64,000 nt of DNA from Verrucomicrobiota bacterium. GTDB taxonomy: Bacteria > Verrucomicrobiota > Verrucomicrobiia > Limisphaerales > J093. Positions 10,492 through 20,281 of the stretch are shown here, one piece after another. Each line of letters starts with the position of its first letter. The stretch's first letter is position 1. The notes below the pieces were generated by a model that saw only the letters and a list, made by a program, of their open reading frames with translations, ran no database searches and had not been told where the DNA came from. The position numbers and the translations under genes were made by a program. The DNA lies in assembly GCA_050012855.1 (NCBI GenBank), contig JBEKGJ010000001.1, forward strand, positions 76,188 through 140,187, read 5' to 3'.

Positions 10492-11538
10492 TCATTTGTC
10501 CATCTCGTACACCAGCACCTTGAAACTGCCCGGCACGATCCTCCCACGTCCACGGCCGCCGCCCGTCGCTCCCTCCGCCGGGGCTTCGTATTTGGCCGCG
10601 GCCAGGTAAATCTTGTGCGTCCGCGGATCAAGCGTCATCGTCCGGGCGCCCCGTTCGGTCTTCAGAGTCTGCACGACCGTCAGCTTGTCCGGTGTTTCTT
10701 CCTTCGCGATGGTGACGGTGCCGTCGCCGCAAGAGGCGAAGGCCAGTTGGGTGCCGGGGTCAAACGCATTGGCATCCACGCCCTGGCCGATGGGCACGGT
10801 GGCCACCACCTTGCCGCTGGTGCTGTCCATCATCGCCATCAGCTTGTTGCCGCACCCCAGGAACAGCCGATGGTGCGCCACGTCAATCGCCATGCCCGAA
10901 GCCTCTTCGCCCGGCGCGATTGGCCAACGATTCACCACTTGATGCGTCCGGGCATCAATCGCCACGACCTCGCTCTTGTCTTCGAGATTGTCATAGACCC
11001 GCCCGGCCTTGGGATCGGCGACCGCAAATTCCGGCTTGCCACCCAGCGGAATGGTGGCAACGACCTTGCCGGCCCGGGCATCAATCACCGTCGCCGATTG
11101 GCCGCGACCGTTGAACAGATAAACCTCCTGCTGTCCTGGTTCATAGAGCATCCCGTCCGGGTTCGGACCGGTGTCCACCTTCGACAGCGTTTGGAGCGTC
11201 TTGAGATCAATGATTCCCGCCTTGTTCTCCTGGCCGTTGCTGCTGAAACCCCGCTGGAGATCGGAGGCGACCGCCAGCCCGTGAACCCCCGGAGTGTCGA
11301 GGATTTGCCCGACGACCGATTCCTTGTCGAGATCAATGACGACCACCCTCGTCTGGTGGCTGACGTAAAGACGGCGACCCGCCTCGTCCACCGACAGATA
11401 ATCCCAGCCGCCCTCGCCGCCCACGGGAATTTCCTTCACGAAATGGTAGGAACCATCGGCACCCTTGGTCGGCACGGTTACAATGCTCAAAAGGCCGAAG
11501 GCGATCACGCCGAGGAGGTGACGATGGCTTATTTTCAT
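10492..11538 (-). CDS. YVTN/YncE-like beta-propeller repeat protein, secreted
   Basis: ATG at 11538 ([20 protein letters not shown] signal). Repeated ~40-aa units ([37 protein letters not shown]). Confidence 0.8.
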   Translation of the reverse strand: MKISHRHLLGVIAFGLLSIVTVPTKGADGSYHFVKEIPVGGEGGWDYLSVDEAGRRLYVSHQTRVVVIDLDKESVVGQILDTPGVHGLAVASDLQRGFSSNGQENKAGIIDLKTLQTLSKVDTGPNPDGMLYEPGQQEVYLFNGRGQSATVIDARAGKVVATIPLGGKPEFAVADPKAGRVYDNLEDKSEVVAIDARTHQVVNRWPIAPGEEASGMAIDVAHHRLFLGCGNKLMAMMDSTSGKVVATVPIGQGVDANAFDPGTQLAFASCGDGTVTIAKEETPDKLTVVQTLKTERGARTMTLDPRTHKIYLAAAKYEAPAEGATGGGRGRGRIVPGSFKVLVYEMDK

Positions 11539-11750
11539 ACGCGCGACAGGAATTTCATTTATTGATACCACTCAAGCTAGGTCTCCGGCGGCAGTCGCAC
11601 AACGCGAAAAACAACCAAAAAAACGAAGCCGCACGGAACACGAACTGGATGGCGGCCATCATCTGTCAAGTCGAACGCCACATCGGCCATGCCCGCCCCG
11701 ACATTCCGGTCACCGTTGCCAGAGCAATCGCCATAATGCTTGGCCGATTC

Positions 11751-12017
11751 TCACGTAGCCGCACTCTGGCGAACGCCGCCTACCAATTTCGCTGGCAAAG
11801 TGGTGATGGCGGCGGACGCCAGTTCGCCGCTACGGCCGACAAATGGGATTCGGCCCAGTTCGTGGCGGAGGTTGACGGTGGAACGCTCGCGGAACTGCGG
11901 GTGATGCAGCACGGCATAAGCGTAGTGGAAAATCTCCCGCTTTGACGAGGCGCGACCGGGCCCGGGGGTGTTGAGGCGGTCGCGTCCATCGGCCGGCGGG
12001 CCGGCGGGTGGATTGTG
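11751..12017 (-). pseudogene. start-less remnant of the C-terminal region of a type ISP / type IIG-like restriction-modification enzyme
   Basis: 88-codon open frame between stops at 12018-12020 and 11751-11753, with no start. It encodes ...SSKREIFHYAYAVLHHPQFRERSTVNLRHELGRIPFV..., which resembles the (D/E)IFxYxYAVLHSPxYRxxYxxxLKxxxPRIP signature of those enzymes (recalled, not searched). Confidence 0.45.
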
Positions 12018-12211
12018 TCAGGCGGCGCCCCGCGCTCTGGGTTGGGAGTTGACGTGACCCGACCCCAGATCGTGGTGCCGGCTGCACGTGGACTTGGTGC
12101 GTTCAGAATGCCACACGGACGTCACGCGGGAGCGTCACGCATTTGATTTCACAGAGTGGAAGCCGGGCCAAGAAAAGCCGCTCAAGTTCTTGCTGGAGAA
12201 TGTATTCCAAT

Positions 12212-12262
12212 TGGAGCCAGTTGTCGGATTTGAACCGACGACCGACGGTTTACAAATCCGTT
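12212..12262 (-). repeat. orphan 3' half of tRNA-Thr (CCA end to anticodon loop); distal att repeat of the integrase island
   Basis: 12212-12256 is 45/45 identical to 19789-19833 of the intact tRNA. Similarity continues to 12262 with 1 mismatch. Confidence 0.85.
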
Positions 12263-12948
12263 TTTGGCATTTCGCGACGATGACATAAACATGCGTTACA
12301 ACCCTGTATTTACGGCACTAAAACGCACTTTTGGCTCTTGACCCGTTTTGCCCGAAAAGCGCACCGAAACGCACTTTCGATGTTGCAATCTGTTGCAACC
12401 TGCTTCCCGGAAGTTCGCCCTTTCCGCGGCCATTTCCGCCACGGCTCCCAGCATCCGCCAACGCGCTAAATGCCCCCCAGACGCAACGGTGACAAAAACC
12501 GCTGGTGCAACCCTCGCTCGTCTCGAATCGTCGCTCTCCGCCCGCGCCCGTGCGCAGACACCCCCGAGAATTTCACGCCCCCGCCCCGGTGCGGGCGTTT
12601 TCGCTTTCCTTGGGGCACCGTGACGCCGCCCGGCAGGGCTGGGGCTTTTGTGTGTGGTGTCGAGGCGCTTCCTGTTACCCCCGCACATGGGGCAAGGTTG
12701 CCAGGCCACGCTGGCTCACCGACTTGACCCAGTCGGCCACGAACGAGGTTGCCGACGCCGGTTCGCCGTATCCAGTATCCGAGGCAATCGCCGCGGGGCA
12801 TCCGTTGCCGGCGAGCCGAGCAGGGGGCAAAGGTGCCAGGTGTGCGCCAGGAATTATTCGCTCGCAGTCGCCGGCCATTATGCGCTCGACCACTCCACCA
12901 CGCCTCGTTGAGCCGGCGGATGACCATCAGGCCGTTGCCTGCTACCGC

Positions 12949-13749
12949 TCACGGTTCAACTCCTGGTGAATCATCTGGTTTGTCAGAAGATTGCGGAAGA
13001 GTTTCCGAAGCAGCGGTGGAGTCGCCAGCGTCAGCCGGTTGAACCTCGGTTTGTTTAACGGCGCGTTTGTTGTAGTGGATTTTTAGCGGCCCGATTAGCT
13101 CCCTTGCGTCAGGGGTGAACAAATCGTGGATCGCTTGGCCCAAGTCTTCAACATCAATCAGAATTCCCTGTCGCCGCCGAATCTCTTTCCTAATCAAACG
13201 AAGAACATCTTCCGTGAAAACCGCCTTTCCGATGGAGTCCGCGCTCAACGCCGACTGGTGTTCCCAAAATTTCTCAAGCGCTCCGACCTTCACAGAATTG
13301 CGGTGAAGGTAAGCGAGCATCTCAGCAGATTTCTCGATTGTCTCTGGCGCGAGAGACTCGGAAAAGACGGGCACGAAATCAACCCCCTCGTCAACGTCAA
13401 ATGTAAGGTGGTATAATTTCCACTCGACACCGTTTGTCACCAAGACCCACCTCATATTTCCCAACGCTGCGTAAAACTCACCCTGAGCAACATGGCGCTC
13501 GCGCAACTTCTTGCCAGCGGCTTTCACCTCGACGAAGAACTTGATTATTCCGTCAATCTTGATCGCGAGATCAACGTAGTTACACTTCACCTCGAACTCG
13601 CGGGAAATTTCTCCGAGGTCATAACCGAGTACATTCTCGAAAACCTTGACGATACGTTGGAGCGTGTCCGCTTCGCTCAGGTTATTTTGTTGAGCCTCCA
13701 ACAGAAGCGGCCAGTATTTTTTTAACTCGTGGGCGATGTTGATTTTCAT
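12949..13749 (-). CDS. HsdR_N-like PD-(D/E)xK nuclease-fold protein (standalone)
   Basis: ATG at 13749 (alternative at 13758). N-terminal half looks like a type I restriction enzyme R N-terminal domain: ...EADTLQRIVKVFENVLGY..., YVDLAIKIDGIIKFFVEVKA (D...E-x-K), WVLVTNGVEWKLY. GC is lower than its surroundings. Confidence 0.7.
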   Translation of the reverse strand: MKINIAHELKKYWPLLLEAQQNNLSEADTLQRIVKVFENVLGYDLGEISREFEVKCNYVDLAIKIDGIIKFFVEVKAAGKKLRERHVAQGEFYAALGNMRWVLVTNGVEWKLYHLTFDVDEGVDFVPVFSESLAPETIEKSAEMLAYLHRNSVKVGALEKFWEHQSALSADSIGKAVFTEDVLRLIRKEIRRRQGILIDVEDLGQAIHDLFTPDARELIGPLKIHYNKRAVKQTEVQPADAGDSTAASETLPQSSDKPDDSPGVEP

Positions 13750-14071
13750 AAATGCCATCCTACCGGCGGCGCACAGGTGGAGCAATCCCAAAAACGGACT
13801 CGGCTCTCCGGGGGCCGTCGGGGGCGGAGCTTCCGGGCCACGCTGGGGGCAAACTGGTGCGCGGAGTGGTGGCTAACGCGCCCTTGCTCCTTCCCGGCGC
13901 CGGGCCTGGCCATGTCCGCCGGCCGAATCGTGCGGCGTGGGCCGCGCCCGTGCGCAGAGACACCCAAAGGAAAGCCCGCTCGGCCGTGCCCTTGCCATTC
14001 TGAGGCACTGGCGCGGCGGCAAACTCGGGGAGTTCCTGGCGGACTGCGGCAGGATCAAATGTGGACACGCG

Positions 14072-15976
14072 TCACGGCGAGCGGAGGCGGTAGAAACGGG
14101 CGGGAATGTTCGTCCACCGGGGATCGCTGAAATAGGACGAACCGCCGGTCAGCGTGTTGGTTCCGACCGGAACCCATTTGGGATATTGCAGCGAAGTGTT
14201 GGCCTCCACGACGACGACCAGGTTAGTGGTTCCGGTGATGGTGAACCCGAACCGGTTCGTCCGCACGCCGAAACTGGCATCGTCGGTCGGCATCTGCGGG
14301 TTCCATAGCACCGTTGGAAGACCGCCAAACGTTGCGGCCCAGCCCGTGGTCCCCGGCGAATAATAGACGCTCGCGGGGTCACCTGAGAACACACCCGAAC
14401 CAAGGCTGGGGGGGGTTCCCTGGAAATAGACTCCCGTGAGGCTGGTGCACCGCTCGAACGCCTCGCCCCCGATGCTGGTGACGTTGTTGGGGATCGTGAC
14501 GCTGGTCAGGTTGGTGCAGTACCAGAACGCATAATTCCCGATGCTGGTGACGCTGCTGGGGATGATGACGCTGGTCAGGCTCCAGCAGGAGTAAAACGCA
14601 TAGTCCCCGATGGTGGTAACGCTGTTCGGGATCGTGACGCTGGTCAGGCTGGTGCAAGAGTAAAACGCGCTGTCCCCGATGCTAGTGACGCTGTCGGGGA
14701 TCGCGATCCCAGTCAGGCTGTTGCAGCCCTCGAACGCCCCTTCTCCGATGCTGGTGACGCTGTTGCCGAGCGTGATGGTGGTCAGCCTGGTGCAGCCAAG
14801 GAACGCCCAGGCCCCGATGCTGGTGACCGGTAGGCCATTGATCGTGGCAGGGATGGTCACTGCACCGCCGGGACCGGTGCATCCCGTGATGGTGACGGTG
14901 CCGTTCGTGGTCGTGAACTTGTACGGCACTTGCGCCGGCTGGTTCCACAAAACGGCTGGCCGCTCTGCAAAGAACGCCCCCCAGCCTGTCGTCCCCGGCG
15001 AGTAATAGACGGTCGCTTTGTTATCGTTGTAAAACACACCCAAACCAACGCCGGGGGCGTTTCCCTGAAAAAAGACTCCCGTCAGGCTGGCGCAGTTGTA
15101 GAACGCCCAGTCTTCAATGCTGGTGACGCCGTTGCCGATCATGACGCTGGTCAGGCTGGTGCAGCCTTGAAACGCCCCGTACCCGATGCTGGTGACGCCG
15201 TCTCCGATGGTGACGTTGGTCAGGCTGGTGCAGTCGCAAAACGCCTGGCTCCCGATATTGGTGACGCTGTTGGGGATCGTGTAACTTCCGGCTTTGCCTC
15301 CCGGATATTGGATGAGCGTTGTTTGGCTCTTGTCGAACAAGACCCCGTCCAAACTGCTGTAGGCGGAATTGAGCGCATCCACCGTTATCGCGGTCAGTCC
15401 GGTGCAGGAAGAAAACGCCAAATTCCCGATATTGGTGACGCTGATGGGGATCGTGACGTTGGTCAGGCTGATGCACCAGTGGAACGCCACGTCCCCAATG
15501 CTGGTGACGCTGTTCGGGATCGTGGCAACGGTCAGGCTGCGGCAGTCATCGAACGCACCCTCCCCGATGGTGGTGACGCTGTCGGGGATCGTGACGCTTG
15601 TAAGCCCGGCGCTAGCGAACACTTCGTCCCTGATGCTGGTGACGCCGTTGCCGATCGTGACGGTTGTCAGGCTGGTGCAGTCGCAAAACGCCTGGCTCCC
15701 GATATTGGTGACGCTGTTGGGAATCGTGACGCTGGTCACGCTCTGGCAGTAATAGAACGCCCCGCCCCCGATGCTGGTGACCGGCAGGCCATTGACCATG
15801 CTGGGAATGGTCACCGCCCCGCCGGGACCGGTGTATCCACTGATGCTGACCGTCCCGTTATTGACCGTGTAGCCGAACTGGGCTTGCACCGTGGCGGGCA
15901 GCATGAAAAGCAGCACCAGAGGCAGCAACTTCACGGCGCAGGCGGTTCTCAAACTCATGGGAATCTGGCTTTTCAT
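14072..15976 (-). CDS. secreted BspA-type leucine-rich repeat (LRR_5) protein with internal duplication
   Basis: ATG at 15976 with signal MKSQIPMSLRTACAVKLLPLVLLFMLPATVQA. Many ~23-aa LTSVTIPNSVTSIGxxAFxxC units in two blocks, each ending in VYYSPGTTGW. C-terminal ...ARFYRLRSP. Confidence 0.85.
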   Translation of the reverse strand: MKSQIPMSLRTACAVKLLPLVLLFMLPATVQAQFGYTVNNGTVSISGYTGPGGAVTIPSMVNGLPVTSIGGGAFYYCQSVTSVTIPNSVTNIGSQAFCDCTSLTTVTIGNGVTSIRDEVFASAGLTSVTIPDSVTTIGEGAFDDCRSLTVATIPNSVTSIGDVAFHWCISLTNVTIPISVTNIGNLAFSSCTGLTAITVDALNSAYSSLDGVLFDKSQTTLIQYPGGKAGSYTIPNSVTNIGSQAFCDCTSLTNVTIGDGVTSIGYGAFQGCTSLTSVMIGNGVTSIEDWAFYNCASLTGVFFQGNAPGVGLGVFYNDNKATVYYSPGTTGWGAFFAERPAVLWNQPAQVPYKFTTTNGTVTITGCTGPGGAVTIPATINGLPVTSIGAWAFLGCTRLTTITLGNSVTSIGEGAFEGCNSLTGIAIPDSVTSIGDSAFYSCTSLTSVTIPNSVTTIGDYAFYSCWSLTSVIIPSSVTSIGNYAFWYCTNLTSVTIPNNVTSIGGEAFERCTSLTGVYFQGTPPSLGSGVFSGDPASVYYSPGTTGWAATFGGLPTVLWNPQMPTDDASFGVRTNRFGFTITGTTNLVVVVEANTSLQYPKWVPVGTNTLTGGSSYFSDPRWTNIPARFYRLRSP

Positions 15977-16180
15977 ACTTTTGGCAGGGTAGTGACAGGG
16001 TGGCAGTGGAACAAGGAAAAACCAGGCTCGAAACACCGTGCCGCGACGTGTGTGCGACCGCACTCGTCCGCTCAACCGTCCATTGTGTCACGCCAACCGT
16101 GCCATAAACTGCGATGCTGGCCGGGGACGCCAGGAAAGCCGTCTGTTGCCCCGGCTGGGCTTCGATGGTGACGGCCCGGC

Positions 16181-16726
16181 TCACGGCGCCGGCCTGTTCC
16201 GGGCGGTTTCGAGCAGCCGTTCCATGCTGTGCAGTTCGTCAAGTGTCATTCGCTTGAGGACCTCCTCGTCGCTGACCGTCACGTCGAATTGCAGCACCTC
16301 GGATCGAATGGGGCCGCCGTTCGCGCCTTCAATGGCCATGCGGTTCGGCTCTTCCAGACCAAGCAAGCGGTCTTTGTATTTGCAGGCCGTCATTTTCTCG
16401 GATGCGGTGGATCTCGGGTCGTTGATGATGCGCTCATAGGTGGCGAGTGAGTCACACCGGAAGTCTTCCTTTGAACGGCGCAAGCGTTCAAACATGACGG
16501 CTCTCGCGCGAGCCACAATTCTGTCAACGGTGCGCCAGTGGCAGTGCCATTTCGCGGTCAACATGCGGCGCAGTTCGCACTTGTGAAGGTTCTGACGGGC
16601 GGACAGGACGCGCACACACTCGGCAACCCGCTGGTCCACGAGCCAGTCCGGCGAGCGCCGGCCGCGGCCGACCTTGGGCTTGGCCGGGTCACGGGTAGGG
16701 ATGCCCTTTATGCGCGGGGGTTTCAT
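16181..16726 (-). CDS. hypothetical phage/island protein
   Basis: 181-aa ORF with ATG at 16726 overlapping the upstream stop (ATGA). No motif recognised. Confidence 0.5.
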   Translation of the reverse strand: MKPPRIKGIPTRDPAKPKVGRGRRSPDWLVDQRVAECVRVLSARQNLHKCELRRMLTAKWHCHWRTVDRIVARARAVMFERLRRSKEDFRCDSLATYERIINDPRSTASEKMTACKYKDRLLGLEEPNRMAIEGANGGPIRSEVLQFDVTVSDEEVLKRMTLDELHSMERLLETARNRPAP

Positions 16727-17268
16727 TGCACGTGACCACGGGATTGACGAGGATCCTTCCCGTCACGCTTGATCGTGCGGGCACTCACCCCGGTTTCCTT
16801 CGCCACCTGCTCGGCCGTGGATATTGGCTCATGTTGACCCAATTTCGTTCCAGCAGGTTTTCCCACCGCCTTCTTCCGCCGGTTGTATATCCGGCCGCGC
16901 AAGACGCTTGCCTGATCAGACGTCAGGTTGCGCCGGCCAAGCTGGTTCGCGTCAACCCAGTCCATCGCCGCGTCTTCGTCCGGCAGCTTGATCGCCACCG
17001 CACTCACGCCGGTTTTCCACGCCACAATCCCAGTTGTGGCCCGCAGAGCGCGATTGCTCGGCGGTAGGACAACGGCTGGAAACGACACCACTCCCTGATT
17101 CCAAGGAGTGGCACGCTTCTGCGAACGCGGTTGCCCGTCGTTCAGGAATCCGTTTGGTTTCCGCATACCATTTTCTTGCCCTGCCGCTGCTGGCGAGTTG
17201 CGGTCATCCTGTAAACTCAACAGGCAAGATTCTCCGGGCTTTCGCCCAATGACGGTCGTGGCTATCAA
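16723..17268 (-). CDS. DNA-binding protein with ParB/KorB-like C-terminal HTH (start uncertain)
   Basis: NQLGRRNLTSDQASVLRGRIYN ... STAEQVAKETGVSARTIKRDGK. This pattern is common in phage/plasmid HTH proteins. Confidence 0.55.
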   Translation of the reverse strand: MIATTVIGRKPGESCLLSLQDDRNSPAAAGQENGMRKPNGFLNDGQPRSQKRATPWNQGVVSFPAVVLPPSNRALRATTGIVAWKTGVSAVAIKLPDEDAAMDWVDANQLGRRNLTSDQASVLRGRIYNRRKKAVGKPAGTKLGQHEPISTAEQVAKETGVSARTIKRDGKDPRQSRGHVQ

Positions 17269-17452
17269 TTACGATATACACCTACGCCACCCCGGCTACT
17301 GGGCGGACTCTCCAGTGGAGTTCATCCTTGCCCAAGTTCCGCTGAAGTTTCCTCCAGTCGCTGTGTTTTTTGCGAGTTCGGCACGCCCTTTTTCAGGAAC
17401 GTCATGTCGGCCTTTCGGCCACTTGTTTCCGTCTAACTCGGCGCCGTTTGCA

Positions 17453-17818
17453 TCAGCTTTCGGCGCTATTATCCGTGCTCTCCATCCCCACGGCGGGGCC
17501 GTTACGACGCGTGCCGTAACGTTGCTTTACCCAAGCCCTGACCTCCGCCAAATCGAACCGAACCGCACGCTTCGAGAGCGCGCAGTAGGGCATTCCGGCC
17601 GCCATGAAATTGTCAACGCTGCGCCGGCTCATTCCAAGTAGCTCGGCAACGTCGTTTTTGTTCCCAAAGGGCGGTAGGGCACCCGATGCCTGTTGCCTGA
17701 CTGGTGCTGAGGCGAGCAGTTGCGTGTCGTTTGCGGTCTCTTTCACGCGGTCACAATGCACCAATGACCAGTCTGATTCTGCGACAAAAAGCGGCGGGGG
17801 TCGGTGTCGCAAAATCAC
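17453..17818 (-). CDS. excisionase/AlpA-type HTH_17 DNA-binding protein
   Basis: NDVAELLGMSRRSVDNFMAAGMPYCALSKRAVRFDLAEVRAWV. GTG start at 17818 overlaps the upstream stop (GTGA). Confidence 0.65.
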   Translation of the reverse strand: MILRHRPPPLFVAESDWSLVHCDRVKETANDTQLLASAPVRQQASGALPPFGNKNDVAELLGMSRRSVDNFMAAGMPYCALSKRAVRFDLAEVRAWVKQRYGTRRNGPAVGMESTDNSAES

Positions 17819-18438
17819 GCGAAGAGAAGTCTTCCAAACCTCTTCTCCACGAACTTCAGGCGGCCTGTCGGGATTCTGACCAACCCGTGTCGCTCAATCG
17901 CTTTTTCAAGCGTGCGGCTGTCTTTGCCTGGTTCTGAGTTCACGTTCCCTGTCTTGGTCCATTTGAAGAGCTTCACCAGCACCGGGGTCGTTAGGCAGCA
18001 CAGTGGCGGCCAGCATTCGCCGTTAATGCAGAGGCTCCTGCACCATCCATCCACAATGCACGGAACAGTGTGGTCCATGTGTTTCCAATCGGGAAGAACA
18101 GTGCGTTTGTCTGGGGACGCGAGCGCTCTGCCAAGTCTGATCAGGAACTGGTTTAGCCGCCGTTCTGATTCGGAGTCTTCCGCCATCCAAAGGGCACGGA
18201 GGAAGCCCTGTAAGCCCCGCACACCACGGGCACTACCCGCAGCTTCCACTTGAACCAGTAACATTCGCTCAACGTCGATCTCAATGTCCCCAAGCCTCGC
18301 TCCGCCATGCGCCTTTGTTGGTCTCCATCGTCTGCCCTTGACGATCAGCAGTCGCATTGCGTGCTTCTGGCTTTCGATGCACTCCATCGGAATGTCGAAG
18401 GGCGGCAACTCATTAAGGGGCAATGGCTTCTTCTTCAT
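17815..18438 (-). CDS. hypothetical island protein
   Basis: ORF 17815..18651 trimmed to the ATG at 18438 (MKKKPLPLNELPP...), which overlaps the integrase stop (ATGA). Confidence 0.5.
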   Translation of the reverse strand: MKKKPLPLNELPPFDIPMECIESQKHAMRLLIVKGRRWRPTKAHGGARLGDIEIDVERMLLVQVEAAGSARGVRGLQGFLRALWMAEDSESERRLNQFLIRLGRALASPDKRTVLPDWKHMDHTVPCIVDGWCRSLCINGECWPPLCCLTTPVLVKLFKWTKTGNVNSEPGKDSRTLEKAIERHGLVRIPTGRLKFVEKRFGRLLFA

Positions 18439-19700
18439 ACAGCCTCCTCGGCCGGCAATGTCACGACGTTGGTCGCGGTTGCGGGTGTGATGGCGAACCA
18501 CCGTTCCGCCGCGGCGGGCTTCACAAGCTCGCGGTAGTGGCGATGCACTACGGCGGCGCTGTTGCCCAGTTCGCCCGCCACGCGCCCGGCGTCGCCCGTC
18601 ACTGCAAAGCGATAGCTGGCGTAGGAGTGTCGCAAGGCGTTCGGCTTCCACGCCACCCCCGCCGCGCTCCCGGTCGTTTGCTGGGCGTCGTAAAACTCAT
18701 CATGCGTGCCCGGCCACACCTTGCCCCGTTGCGCGGCGTAGGGTGCCAGCCATGCGGCCAGATTGTCCGCAATGGGCACCACGCGCCGGCTGGCCGTCTT
18801 GGCCTTGTCCGCCCCGATGGTGATGTTACGGCCGGCCAGGTCCACGTCTTCCCAGTCCACCCGCTCGATTTCGGCGGAGCGGAGTCCGGCAAACGCGCCC
18901 AGTGCCACACAGGGCAGAAACTCCGGGTCCGCGGCGGCCAGGAGCTTGGCGATTTCCGCGGGCGTATAGATCGCCACGTCGTGGTCCGGCACTTTGAGGT
19001 TCTCCACTCCTTCAACCGGGTTGTCCACGGCATAGCCACGCGCCACCGCGAACGCAAAGAAGGCGTGCAACACCCGGCGGAAGTTCGTGTAGCTCTGCGG
19101 GGCCAACTTCTGGACATCGAGCCAGGCTTGGATCTCCGCCGTGGTGACGTTCACCGTGTCCTTGTGGAAGGCGTCGGCGAACCGGCCCAACCGGAAACGG
19201 AGGTCTTGCAGGTAGCGGGCTGAGGCGCGGCGGTGCTCCTTGATCGCCAGAAACTCAGTCACGGCGTCGGCCACGGGCTGGCGCGTGGTCTGCTTGTGGC
19301 GGTCGGCGTAGAACTTGGCGGCGGCGTGGAGATTCGGGAGGTCACCGACCAGCTTCAAACACTCCGCCACCGTGCCGGCAGTCGCGGGCAGGGAAAGGTC
19401 GAACGGGGCCAGCGTTTGGACCGCGGAGGCATAGTCGGCCGCCTGCTCGTTGGTCATGGAAGCAGCCACGACTTCGCGCTCGCTCAACTGCCGGGCGAGC
19501 CGCTGGGCGGCTTCCAACGCTTCGGCTTCGTCGGCGTAGGAGTCAAACCGGCGCTTGCCTTGGGCGTAGTTCGCCACCATGAAGGCATGATTGCCGAGGG
19601 GCGTCCGGCGGCGATAGACAGTGACGGTGACGCGGCCGAGGCTGATTTTACGGGGCCAGTGGGCCGCTGCGGCGGGTTTTCGTGATGCGTGCAACACCAT
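18435..19700 (-). CDS. int: tyrosine-type site-specific integrase
   Basis: 421 aa. C-terminal catalytic signature ...GLRSAEI..., LRHSYASYRF, VHRHYRELV (R..HxxR..Y). Starts 88 nt from the tRNA 3' end. Confidence 0.9.
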   Translation of the reverse strand: MVLHASRKPAAAAHWPRKISLGRVTVTVYRRRTPLGNHAFMVANYAQGKRRFDSYADEAEALEAAQRLARQLSEREVVAASMTNEQAADYASAVQTLAPFDLSLPATAGTVAECLKLVGDLPNLHAAAKFYADRHKQTTRQPVADAVTEFLAIKEHRRASARYLQDLRFRLGRFADAFHKDTVNVTTAEIQAWLDVQKLAPQSYTNFRRVLHAFFAFAVARGYAVDNPVEGVENLKVPDHDVAIYTPAEIAKLLAAADPEFLPCVALGAFAGLRSAEIERVDWEDVDLAGRNITIGADKAKTASRRVVPIADNLAAWLAPYAAQRGKVWPGTHDEFYDAQQTTGSAAGVAWKPNALRHSYASYRFAVTGDAGRVAGELGNSAAVVHRHYRELVKPAAAERWFAITPATATNVVTLPAEEAV

Positions 19701-19788
19701 GCGTGAACTGTTGCACTATCGTTGCAACTTTGCAAGTAAAATTGATTTCCGCAGCGTGGGTTTTGTGTGTAAGTCGTTGGTGGTAAAC

Positions 19789-19863
19789 TGGAGCCAGTTG
19801 TCGGATTTGAACCGACGACCGACGGTTTACAAAACCGTTGCTCTACCACTGAGCTAAACTGGC
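19789..19863 (-). tRNA. tRNA-Thr (anticodon UGU), 75 nt with encoded CCA
   Basis: Manual cloverleaf: acceptor GCCAGTT/AACTGGC, D arm GCTC-AGTGGTA-GAGC, anticodon arm ACGGT-TTTGTAA-ACCGT, T arm GTCGG-TTCAAAT-CCGAC, then T-CCA. Confidence 0.95.
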
Positions 19864-19890
19864 TGCCATCCGACCCGGCGGACCGGCCCA

Positions 19891-20103
19891 CTATGCGGCC
19901 GCCATCACCGCAACGCAATTTCTTTCCGGGTTGCAAAGAGTTCGGAAACCCAGAGGCAGGCCAGCCAGCCGTCGGACGAGTTCCTGGACCGCCACGGCCC
20001 CCTTGCGGTAGAGGACCACCGCCAGCAGCTTGCCGTCGGTCTTGACGTTCCAGAAACGGCCTTCCTTTTTGATCGCAACTTCCGTGATGACAGGTTGTTG
20101 CAT
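19891..20103 (-). CDS. hypothetical small protein
   Basis: 70-aa ORF (EVAIKKEGRFWNVKTDGKLLAVVLYRKGAVAVQELVRRL). Its last ~19 codons lie inside the duplicated tRNA-upstream segment, so the real extent is uncertain. Confidence 0.3.
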   Translation of the reverse strand: MQQPVITEVAIKKEGRFWNVKTDGKLLAVVLYRKGAVAVQELVRRLAGLPLGFRTLCNPERNCVAVMAAA

Positions 20104-20281
20104 GACCCGCTGTTATATCAACGGAAGGGGACTTGAACACAAAAATGTTTACAGAGCCAAAACGCGACTTGCTCGCGGAGTACACGCGGGAGCAGGCTGC
20201 CCTTAAACGCCGGCGAGCGCTGTTGTCGAGACCGCTATTTCCTTGTTCCACTTGTACTCCCTCACTACACTGCCCAACAGT

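Larger units (their letters stand above)
12212..19863. mobile_element. tRNA-Thr-associated integrative island (~7.6 kb): int, xis-like HTH, phage-like genes, BspA-LRR and PD-(D/E)xK cargo
   Basis: The intact tRNA with an adjacent tyrosine integrase sits at one end and a tRNA 3'-half direct repeat at the other. All genes are on the minus strand. Confidence 0.8.

Noticed and set aside
12290-12948. Multiple overlapping ORFs (12296..12709, 12466..12927, 12505..12969 and others) at the left end of the island.
   Set aside because: No frame has protein-like sequence. The region contains att-proximal repeats and is better treated as non-coding or eroded DNA.
19484-20251. ORFs 19484..20251 and 22054..22245 share the peptide PGKKLRCGDGGRIVG.SAGSDGSQFSSVVEQRFCK, suggesting a duplicated protein.
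   Set aside because: The shared peptide is simply the translation of the tRNA-Thr sequence and its duplicated flank.
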